A DNA stretch of 64,000 bases from Macrostomum hystrix. Lineage: Eukaryota > Animalia > Platyhelminthes. Position 1 is the stretch's first letter. Every line of letters starts with the position of its first letter. Below the pieces are notes generated by a model. The model did not search any database and was not told where the DNA came from. It saw nothing but the letters and a program-made list of their open reading frames with translations. The position numbers were made by a program, and so were the translations under genes. The DNA lies in NCBI GenBank assembly GCA_950097015.1, contig CATNEN010000038.1, positions 5,642,001-5,706,000 of the forward strand, written 5' to 3'. Positions 36,901 through 48,110 of the stretch are shown here, piece by piece.

Positions 36901-39900
36901 AGCAACAGGAATGCACAGTTTAGCAACAGAAATACACAGTTTAGCAACAGGAATACACAGTTTAGCAACAGAAATACACTGTTTAGCAACAGGAATACAC
37001 AGTTTAGCTACAGAAATACACAGTTTAGCAACAGAAATACACAGTTTAGCAACAGGAATACACAGTTTAGCAACAGGAATGCACAGTTTAGCAACAGAAA
37101 TACACAGTTTAGCAACAGGAATACACAGTTTAGCAACAGAAATACACAGTTTAGCAACAGGAATACACAGTTTAGCAACAGGAATACACAGTTTAGCAAC
37201 AGGAATACACAGTTTAGCAACAGGAATACACAGTTTAGCAACAGGAATACACAGTTTAGCAACAGGAATGCACAGTTTAGCAACAGAAATACACAGTTTA
37301 GCAACAGGAATACACAGTTTAGCAACAGGAATACACAGTTTAGCAACAGAAATACACAGTTTAGCAACAGAAATACACAGTTTAGCAACAGAAATACACA
37401 GTTTAGCAACAGGAATACACAGTTTAGCAACAGAAATACACAGTTTAGCAACAGGAATACACAGTTTAGCAACAGAAATACACAGTTTAGCAACAGGAAT
37501 GAACAGTTTAGCAACAGGAATGCACAGTTTAGCAACAGGAATACACAGTTTAGCAACAGAAATACACGGTTTAGCAACAGGAATACAAGGTTTAGCAACA
37601 GGAATACACAGTTTAGCAACAGGAATACACAGTTTAGCAACAGAAATACACAGTTTAGCAACAGAAATACACAGTTTAGCAACAGGACAACACAGTTTAG
37701 CAGCAGGAATGAACAGTTTAGCAACAGGAATGCACAGTTTAGCAACAGGAATGCACAGTTTAGCAACAGGAATACACAGTTTAGCAACAGGAATACACGG
37801 TTTAGCAACAGGAATACACAGTTTAGCAACAGGAATACACAGTTTAGCAACAGAAATACACAGTTTAGCAACAGGAATACACAGTTTAGCAACAGAAATA
37901 CACAGTTTAGCAACAGAAATACACAGTTTAGCAACAGAAATACACAGTTTAGCAACAGAAATACACAGTTTAGCAACAGGAATGCACAGTTTAGCAACAG
38001 GAATACACGGTTTAGCAACAGGAATACACAGTTTAGCAACAGGAATACACAGTTTAGCAACAGAAATACACAGTTTAGCAACAGAAATACACAGTTTAGC
38101 AACAGGAATACACAGTTTAGCAACAGAAATACACAGTTTAGCAACAGGAATGAACAGTTTAGCAACAGGAATGCACAGTTTAGCAACAGGAATACACAGT
38201 TTAGCAACAGAAATACACGGTTTAGCAACAGGAATACAAGGTTTAGCAACAGGAATACACAGTTTAGCAACAGGAATACACAGTTTAGCAACAGAAATAC
38301 ACAGTTTAGCAACAGAAATACACAGTTTAGCAACAGGACAACACAGTTTAGCAGCAGGAATGAACAGTTTAGCAACAGGAATGCACAGTTTAGCAACAGG
38401 AATGCACAGTTTAGCAACAGGAATACACAGTTTAGCAACAGGAATACACGGTTTAGCAACAGGAATACACAGTTTAGCAACAGGAATACACAGTTTAGCA
38501 ACAGAAATACACAGTTTAGCAACAGGAATACACAGTTTAGCAACAGAAATACACAGTTTAGCAACAGAAATACACAGTTTAGCAACAGAAATACACAGTT
38601 TAGCAACAGAAATACACAGTTTAGCAACAGGAATGCACAGTTTAGCAACAGGAATACACGGTTTAGCAACAGGAATACACAGTTTAGCAACAGGAATACA
38701 CAGTTTAGCAACAGAAATACACAGTTTAGCAACAGAAATACACAGTTTAGCAACAGGACAACACAGTTTAGCAGCAGGAATGAACAGTTTAGCAACAGGA
38801 ATGCACAGTTTAGCAACAGGAATACACAGTTTAGCAACAGGAATGCACAGTTTAGCAACAGAAATACACAGTTTAGCAACAGAAATACACAGTTTAGCAA
38901 CAGGAATACACAGTTTAGCAACAGAAATACACAGTTTAGCAACAGAAATACACAGTTTAGCAACAGGAATACACAGTTTAGCAACAGGAATGCACAGTTT
39001 AGCAACAGAAATACACAGTTTAGCAACAGAAATACACAGTTTAGCAACAGGAATACACAGTTTAGCTACAGAAATACACAGTTTAGCAACAGGAATGAAC
39101 AGTTTAGCAACAGGAATGCACAGTTTAGCAACAGGAATACACAGTTTAGCAACAGAAATACACAGTTTAGCAACAGGAATGCACAGTTTAGCAACAGAAA
39201 TACACAGTTTAGCAACAGAAATACACAGTTTAGCAACAGGAATACACAGTTTAGCAACAGAAATACACAGTTTAGCAACAGAAATACACAGTTTAGCAAC
39301 AGGAATACACAGTTTAGCAACAGGAATGCACAGTTTAGCAACAGAAATACACAGTTTAGCAACAGAAATACACAGTTTAGCAACAGGAATACACAGTTTA
39401 GCAACAGGACAACACAGTTTAGCAACAGGAATACACAGTTTAGCAACAGAAATACACTGTTTAGCAACAGAAATACACTGTTTAGCAACAGGAATACACA
39501 GTTTAGCTACAGAAATACACAGTTTAGCAACAGAAATACACAGTTTAGCAACAGGAATACACAGTTTAGCAACAGGAATGCACAGTTTAGCAACAGAAAT
39601 ACAGAGTTTAGCAACAGGAATACACAGTTTAGCAACAGGAATACACAGTTTAGCAACAGGAATACACAGTTTAGCAACAGGAATACACAGTTTAGCAACA
39701 GGAATACACAGTTTAGCAACAGGAATACACAGTTTAGCAACAGGAATACACAGTTTAGCAACAGGAATGCACAGTTTAGCAACAGAAATACACAGTTTAG
39801 CAACAGGAATACACAGTTTAGCAACAGAAATACACTGTTTAGCAACAGGAATACACAGTTTAGCTACAGAAATACACAGTTTAGCAACAGAAATACACAG

Positions 39901-42104
39901 TTTAGCAACAGGAATACACAGTTTAGCAACAGGAATGCACAGTTTAGCAACAGAAATACACAGTTTAGCAACAGGAATACACAGTTTAGCAACAGAAATA
40001 CACAGTTTAGCAACAGGAATACACAGTTTAGCAACAGGAATACACAGTTTAGCAACAGGAATACACAGTTTAGCAACAGGAATACACAGTTTAGCAACAG
40101 GAATACACAGTTTAGCAACAGGAATGCACAGTTTAGCAACAGAAATACACAGTTTAGCAACAGGAATACACAGTTTAGCAACAGGAATACACAGTTTAGC
40201 AACAGAAATACACAGTTTAGCAACAGAAATACACAGTTTAGCAACAGAAATACACAGTTTAGCAACAGGAATACACAGTTTAGCAACAGAAATACACAGT
40301 TTAGCAACAGGAATACACAGTTTAGCAACAGAAATACACAGTTTAGCAACAGGAATGAACAGTTTAGCAACAGGAATGCACAGTTTAGCAACAGGAATAC
40401 ACAGTTTAGCAACAGAAATACACGGTTTAGCAACAGGAATACAAGGTTTAGCAACAGGAATACACAGTTTAGCAACAGGAATACACAGTTTAGCAACAGA
40501 AATACACAGTTTAGCAACAGAAATACACAGTTTAGCAACAGGACAACACAGTTTAGCAGCAGGAATGAACAGTTTAGCAACAGGAATGCACAGTTTAGCA
40601 ACAGGAATGCACAGTTTAGCAACAGGAATACACAGTTTAGCAACAGGAATACACGGTTTAGCAACAGGAATACACAGTTTAGCAACAGGAATACACAGTT
40701 TAGCAACAGAAATACACAGTTTAGCAACAGGAATACACAGTTTAGCAACAGAAATACACAGTTTAGCAACAGAAATACACAGTTTAGCAACAGAAATACA
40801 CAGTTTAGCAACAGAAATACACAGTTTAGCAACAGGAATGAACAGTTTAGCAACAGGAATGCACAGTTTAGCAACAGGAATACACAGTTTAGCAACAGAA
40901 ATACACGGTTTAGCAACAGGAATACAAGGTTTAGCAACAGGAATACACAGTTTAGCAACAGGAATACACAGTTTAGCAACAGGAATACACAGTTTAGCAA
41001 CAGGAATGCACAGTTTAGCAACAGAAATACACAGTTTAGCAACAGAAATACACAGTTTAGCAACAGGAATACACAGTTTAGCAACAGGAATACACAGTTT
41101 AGCAACAGTAATACACAGTTTAGCAACAGGAATACACAGTTTAGCAACAGGAATACACAGTTTAGCAACAGGAATACATAGTTTAGCAACAGGAATACAC
41201 AGTTTAGCAACAGGAATGCACAGTTTAGCAACAGAAATACACAGTTTAGCAACAGGAATACAAAGTTTAGCAACAGAAATACACTGTTTAGCAACAGGAA
41301 TACACAGTTTAGCTACAGAAATACACAGTTTAGCAACAGAAATACACAGTTTAGCAACAGGAATACACAGTTTAGCAACAGGAATGCACAGTTTAGCAAC
41401 AGAAATACACAGTTTAGCAACAGGAATACACAGTTTAGCAACAGGAATACACAGTTTAGCAACAGGAATACACAGTTTAGCAACAGGAATACACAGTTTA
41501 GCAACAGGAATACACAGTTTAGCAACAGGAATACACAGTTTAGCAACAGGAATACACAGTTTAGCAACAGGAATGCACAGTTTAGCAACAGAAATACACA
41601 GTTTAGCAACAGGAATACACAGTTTAGCAACAGGAATACACAGTTTAGCAACTGAAATACACAGTTTAGCAACAGAAATACACAGTTTAGCAACAGAAAT
41701 ACACAGTTTAGCAACAGGAATACACAGTTTAGCAACAGAAATACACAGTTTAGCAACAGGAATACACAGTTTAGCAACAGGAATACACAGTTTAGCAACA
41801 GAAATACACAGTTTAGCAACAGAAATACACAGTTTAGCGACAGAAATACACAGTTTAGCAACAGGAATACACAGTTTAGCAACAGAAATACACAGTTTAG
41901 CAACAGAAATACACAGTTTAGCAGCAGGAATGAACAGTTTAGCAACAGGAATGCACAGTTTAGCAACAGAAATACACAGTTTAGCAACAGGAATACAAGG
42001 TTTAGCAACAGAAATACACAGTTTAGCAGCAGGAATACACAGTTTAGCAACAGGAATGAACAGTTTAGCAACAGAAATACACAGTTTAGCAACAGGAATA
42101 CACA
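27975..42104. repeat. 14.1-kb tandem array of a 21-bp unit (CACAGTTTAGCAACAGRAATA), about 673 copies
   Basis: Direct reading. It contains substitution variants only; the uninterrupted minus-strand frame shows there is no frameshifting indel. Confidence 0.99.
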
Positions 42105-42699
42105 TTTTTGCTATATACACAGTTCATAGGCTTTTCTTGCAATATTTAATTTGCACATTTCTGCTTAATTTTTATAACCTCTCCTTGAGCTTGTGTCTGT
42201 ACTCAAGCTCAATATTCTATGGCCATTCACTACGGAATATTTGAGACCCATGCACCATTATGCAAAGTAGGCATTTAAAGCTTCAGACACGATTTAGTTA
42301 CCTTGTCACCGGCCCAGATTTGCAATAAGGTGTCCAAATGTGCAACCTTAAATGGTTTATTTTTAATTAATTAAATTATTTATTATTTTTTTATTTATTC
42401 GCATTGTAAACTCTCTTCTATTTTTAGTGTTTTGGAAACTTTTCCACATATTCTGTTAATGGCTCACCAAGCAAGATTATATTTCTCTGTTACATGTACA
42501 GACGTCCTTGATGCTATTAATGTTCTATTATTTGAGACAAATACACTTATTCTAAGCTATAGCAGTGCCTCGCAGGAATGTGCTGTGGCAAATTAGACTC
42601 ACTCGCTTTGCCATCGTGTTGAGATCACTTGATTTGTCCATTCCATCTTGAGAATCTATGACGGCATCAATTGCCATAGACAAAATACTGATAAGGCAG

Positions 42700-43715
42700 C
42701 GGAAGAGATAATGGGAATAATACGGATGAGATGAGACACGGGAGTGATAAGACACGGGAGTGATAAGACACGGGAGAGATAAGACACAGAAGGAAGGGGC
42801 GAGTGGGTCAGCGGCTAACGTCGCTGCCTCGCACTCCAAAGGACGCTAGTTCGATTCACCCTTCAAGTCACGATTAATTTCGGGACTTGTTGGGGGGGGT
42901 TGGACAGTAGCGACCGGCGGAGGTGCACCATATTTCGTGCAATCAAAGCTTGAAATAATAGCTTCGCTCCTACCTTCTGTGTGCCTGTTCTGCGTTGTAT
43001 GAGTTTGTGCGTTGGCGCTGGTGCGTTAGACCTTGCGGGGGGTGGCTGGAGGGCGGGTGTACACCGCCGCGCGCTCTCTGGAATTCCGTCAGCGCGATTG
43101 GATAAGTGTACACTCATCACCCGGCCCCCCCCTGAGGACTGATTTCTTATCAGCCTTCCGCCCCGGCTTGGTCTGCTCTGTGCGTGTGGGGCGGGGGTGG
43201 GGGACACTGCTGCCTATTCTGGGTGCCTCCTGCCCTCCCGGCTGGTCTGTGCTGCTGTATGTGGTGCCTGCTCAGGGGAGGCGGCGCGATGGGCGCTAAA
43301 GCGCCTAGTTCGCCGGTATGGGGGCGTGCCGCTCCGTCGCTTGTGCGACAAGTGCCCCGGGCCCCCCTGCAGATAGATAGATAGATAGATAAGACACAGA
43401 AGAGATGAGACACAGAAGAGATGAGACACGGGAGAGATAAGACAAGGGAGAGATGAGAAAAGAGAGAGATGAGACAGGGAAGAGATAAGACACGTATGAG
43501 ATGAGATATGGGAGAGATTAGACAGATAAGAGATGAGACACGGGGGAGATGAAACTGGGAAGATATGAGATATGGGAGAGATGAGACATGGGAGATATGA
43601 AACTGGGAACAGATGAGACACGGGGAGATAAGACAAATCGAGAGATCAGACACGGGAGAGATGAGATACGGGAGAGATGAAACTGGGATGAGATGGTACA
43701 GTATGAGATGTGACA
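42700..43715. repeat. Degenerate purine-rich minisatellite (GAGATGAGACACGGGA)n split by a SINE insertion
   Basis: The same motif lies on both sides of 42796-43386. Confidence 0.85.
42796..43386 (+). mobile_element. ~590-bp tRNA-headed SINE-like retroposon (family C), (AGAT)n tail, 16-bp TSD AGATAAGACACAGAAG
   Basis: A-box-like TGGGTCAGCGG and B box AGTTCGATTC. TSD at 42777-42792 and 43387-43402. A second copy lies at 63061-63638. Confidence 0.88.
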
Positions 43716-44389
43716 GAAAACTCCTCTAATTTCAAAATCCAGCATCAGCATCAGCTCAAGGACCACTAGTTCGCCACTAGCAGCGTCCTGAGCACATGCT
43801 CAATAGTGAACAATCTGAGAATCGGATTAATTTAATCAGAGTAAAGCAGAGATGAGTCGCATTGCAGGAGCCCGCATGTGATTTTATTACTGAGGCTTTG
43901 GTCTCATGGGAAACACACAGTAGACAGCCATCTTGAAAACCTGGAGTAGCGATCTGAATTCTTAATTTAATTAAATTAGCCACATCCCAACAAGGAAGGT
44001 GAGGCTTGGTTCCTGAAACAATAGGAGAGTATTTTTACCTGCCAAAATGTGTTTTCCACGACTACAAAAACAAGCCCTGCAATATAGTAGCAGGCAATCA
44101 AACTGCAGTTTCAATTCTGCATGCATCCAATGTACATTATAGCGACGAGTGGAAAGGCTGAGTCACGTGACGCGAGAACGTACGGGCGGTCCACACCAGC
44201 GTACTCAGATTATATCAGGTGAGAGAGAGAGAGAGAGAGAGCTTGTGCAAGCAGAGCGGAAGAACTCCGCTCAAGCAGGTGAGAGAAATATAGAAAGGCC
44301 AAAATTTAAAGGCTTTCCAGAACTCAGGTAAATAGAAGAGGCTAAACGACAGTTAAAGCCCCTGAAGCTTTGATCAACAGCGAGCAAGC

Positions 44390-46964
44390 ATGTCCAAGAA
44401 GCACTTAGAAGACGCTCTGCAGGCTGGACAGCGAATCGCTGGCACCGGTCAGCCAGACAGCCATCACCGTCAGCAGCAGCGGCAGCCACCACATCAGAAG
44501 GGTGGCGCTGTCAGTCTGGTGCCCGGACCGTCGGTGGCCGGGTTGCCAGACGATGAGGGCCTGTTCGCTCTCAGCTACGTTGACGATGACAAGCGGCTGG
44601 TGCTGGGCACCGGGGCCGAGGGCATCCGCTGCCTGTCGGCCGACTTCGCCCCCGGCGGCGAGGCTGGCGCGCTGGCGCAGGCGGTCACGGTGAAGCAGAA
44701 CCAGCCAATCGGAGGCCTGGCCGTGTCCTGCATTCGGGGGGTGAGTGCCGAACTGTGATTTGCAACCATCGAGCACTCTGATTGCTTAACGAGAGTTACA
44801 TAAGGACAGAATTCGCAGCTTGTAAATTTAGAGTAGAAGTAACTCGTACGTCTCTTCTCGCCATGCAATCGGTATTTGAGTTTAAACTTTCCCCAAACAC
44901 TGCTGTGTCACATTTACAGACAGTGGCACAGTCGCTGCATTGTTAATAATAGTAATGATAGTAAAAATGGTAATAGTAGTAATAATAGAATGATATTATT
45001 AATGATATGGTATAGAATGATATAGAATGATAGAATAATCAAATTTCAGTAGTGTTGTCGGTAATGGCACATCATTTGGTGACACTAGACCGGTTGCCAG
45101 CGAGGAGGCAATTCTGCTCATTTCGCTGACTCCTGAGCATACACGCACATAGATATTGTACGCAGGCATACGCTCACACAGGTGTGTACATCTGCCCTGA
45201 CTTTCTCATCGTCAGGCAGTGTACACTTCACAGTGCCTTGGAGATTGGCCATCAAGGGCGTAAATTGCAAGATAGCCCCCAAGCCTTCTCTCCGCCGCTG
45301 CGCCCCAAATCAATGTGGCCTCGCCACGGAATCGAGCTTAGGGACCTTGGTACCAGAGGCAAACGCGTTAACCGTTCTGCCACTCACCCCCTCAGCCGCT
45401 ACTATGGTAGATGCACATATTGCCTGTGTACTGCTGTTCAGTCCGTGGACTGGAGTGGCCCGTCAAACCAATTCGAATTTCTACTAGCTGATGGTGTTAA
45501 CCTTCTTACAGCTGGGCGAAAAATACCACCCAGAAATTATGTCTTTTTTACGCAGACAAATTGCTTCCCTTGCATTGCGACTCGAACTCTTGACGTCTCC
45601 GTCAAAATCTCGAAGCTCCAGCCGCTGGGCTACAAGTTTCACTGTCTCTCCACATAGAGCTTCTTTCACACCTGTCATCTAAATACCAAATAATTATAAA
45701 AAACCACAGATTCGCAGCAATCCGAACGTCATCCTTGCGGCGGCCACCTCCGGCTACGTCTACAAAGCCGACTGGAGCAGCCCCGGCTTCAGCACGGTGA
45801 TCACAGAGCGGGGCAACCATCTGTCAGCTGTAGACACAACCGACGACCATCTTGCCACGGTTGGCTCCGACTGCAGCGTTCGCATCTACGACCTGCGTTC
45901 TTGCCAGCCCGTGCGCCAGTACTCCGGCTACCGGGACCTCGATCCCGACTGTCCCGAAGGCCACGCCACCCGCCTGTTTGCGGCGCGCTACAACGCGGAC
46001 GGACTGCTGCTGACATCCGGCTGGGACGACTGCGTGAAGTTCTGGGACCCGAGGCTGGCCATTAACGACCCAGTTAAGCGTCTGTCAGGGCCGCACATCT
46101 GCTGCCCTGATGGACTTGATGTGAAGGGCGATCGGGTGCTCACAGGTGAGTTTCAGTCTGAGTCAATCGTGTTGTGAGCAGTGTCTGCCCAGAATCTGAT
46201 CGATTTGTGCTTTGGTTTTGTTTGGCTTAGACTGCAAACGCTCCAGATGCTAGTGGGGATGGTCCGGGAGTTTTCAGAACACGTCATTCTAATTGCAAAA
46301 CCCATTACGCATAACTCGTATAGTTAATCCCCAATTATTTTATTTCGCCCAGCTGTGAAGTATAAGATAGCCCCCTGGCCAATGCGAAGCCAAGCCGAGG
46401 CTTAGAAGCTCAATCCACAGATTCTATATTACCATAGTGCATAGAAATGCTAAGTTTATAATCTTCTTGACCCTACCAATTTCAATCCACGGACTTAACA
46501 TTTGTACGTAGCCGTTTATTAGGCTGCGCATGGCTGGCTGTACATCTTGCCCAACTGGTTTAGGTGTAATTTAGATCTCTTTATATATCTAATGCTAGAA
46601 AACAACATAGAACATAGCGTTGTGGTTCTCTCTCACCTTTGCAGGCTCCTACAGGCCTGGCTCCGCTCTAGAGCTGTGGGACACCCGGCAGTGCGAGGCT
46701 CCCGTAGCCAGTTGGCCAGCCGACCACGTCTATAGCGTCCGCTTCACCGCCGGCTCCACCGTGGCCGCTGCCGGCGCTCTCAGCCGCTGCGTCACAGTCT
46801 GGTCGACGGCTGCGTCAATAGCAAATGGCGAGGAGCCTCTGCACCCGGAGCCGCTGGCACGCATCGAGCTGGACTCGGCTGTGTATTCGATGGCAACGGC
46901 GGCTGACGGTCGGCTAGCCATCGGCTGCCACAGCGGCCGGCTTCAGCTGGCCAGACTGGCCTGA
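44390..46964 (+). CDS. WD40-repeat protein, about 368 aa; exons 44390-44740, 45710-46145, 46645-46964
   Basis: LATVGSDCSVRIYD, GHATRLFA...LLTSGWDDCVKFWD and LELWD. GT-AG introns of phase 0 and 1; exons total 1107 nt. Confidence 0.88.
44945..45392 (-). mobile_element. tRNA-headed SINE family B, copy in WD40 intron 1, with an AT-rich simple-repeat tail
   Basis: The minus-strand head is GAGTGGCAGAACGGTTAACGCG...GCTCGATTCC; the body matches the other family B copies. Confidence 0.78.
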
Positions 46965-47049
46965 CCACGGCTCAGTAGATTGGCCTGTGTGTCTTTACTA
47001 CTTTTCTAATAAGACTACATGATGAAATTTAGTGAGCAGAAAAACTATT

Positions 47050-47225
47050 CAGCAGAAGAATCGTTGAATATCTCGACGATGTCGATGTTTTGTGATTGTG
47101 GAAGTTGCTTCATCGGATAGAGCGGAAAATGTTGCCCGTGTTTTGGATTTTCAGACGAATATTTTAGGTGGTACAGAAAAATTGTGGATTTTTGAAATAC
47201 CCCCACGGTCATTCTTTTGTTAACT
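47050..47225. mobile_element. Right half of the MITE-like family also seen at 11600-12305 and 52040-52575
   Basis: Shared GAATCGTTGAATATCTCG...GGAAGTTG.TTCATCGGATAGAGCGGAA...TTTGAAATACC. Confidence 0.72.
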
Positions 47226-48110
47226 GAGACCAAATGAAACTATTTTTTCCGGTAACTTTTTCAGGTCTACATCTCTTTTTTCAATATTTTTTAGTCAATT
47301 TTTTAAGTACGAGCTACATCACGACGGATACAAAGTGTTCATTAACTAGTTTTGAAGTGTGTTTACAGTTTCACTGTTAAATTGCATACGCTGTTAAGCC
47401 GTCCATTAGGTTTGGTAGTGAGCTGCTTTACAATAGCTTTCGTTTTTTAATGCTTAAAAAGTCCTCCTTTAACTTAACTTGCTACGATATGCTGTATATA
47501 CGCGCACTAAAATACAGTTTCTAATCAAGTTATGCCAGCGTTTGTCCTTTGTTTTCATCCGCACACCAGCCAAACACAGTCTATAGTTTCATTTATAAGT
47601 GTATGAATAATATTTATCTAACTACACTACAATATTTCCTTTAATAATAAATATTAATTATGAGAAGTAATAAGTCTGTAGTCTATTGTACGTATAGTTC
47701 ATTTCTTTGTTGCGTAATTCGTTGCAACTAGTAAAAAAAGTACACCAAGTGTCAGAGTACGTTTTTAGTTTTGTTTGAATAAAACCGTAGAAGGTAAAAT
47801 TAGGTTTATTTTAGAATTCCGTTAAAAACTCGTTAAACATTTAAATATTTTTTAGAAATTCTTCCGGTGACTTAAAATTTTGGTTTCGAGTTTTTTCGAA
47901 ATTACATTCGGAATCGTTAGGGATGCTGTAAAACTCTGATTAAATATAAAATATTAAAATATAATTGGAAAGTTCTCACTATCAGTTCGTGATGTACGAA
48001 TAATTATAATATATGATGCTGGTAAGCGTTGCCTCACTACTTCTTCCAAAAGTTCACTTCGCTGTCTTCCACACTGCTCGCGTTCATTAGTTGCATTTAG
48101 GCTTCAGACT

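Noticed and set aside
27975-42104. CRISPR-like array
   Set aside because: Repeats are contiguous with no unique spacers, there are no cas genes, and the context is eukaryotic.
27950-42244. Plus-strand (SLATGIH)n ORFs and (LLLNCVF)n ORFs as genes
   Set aside because: Automatic consequence of a 21-bp unit; these frames are interrupted by TAA or TAG variants.
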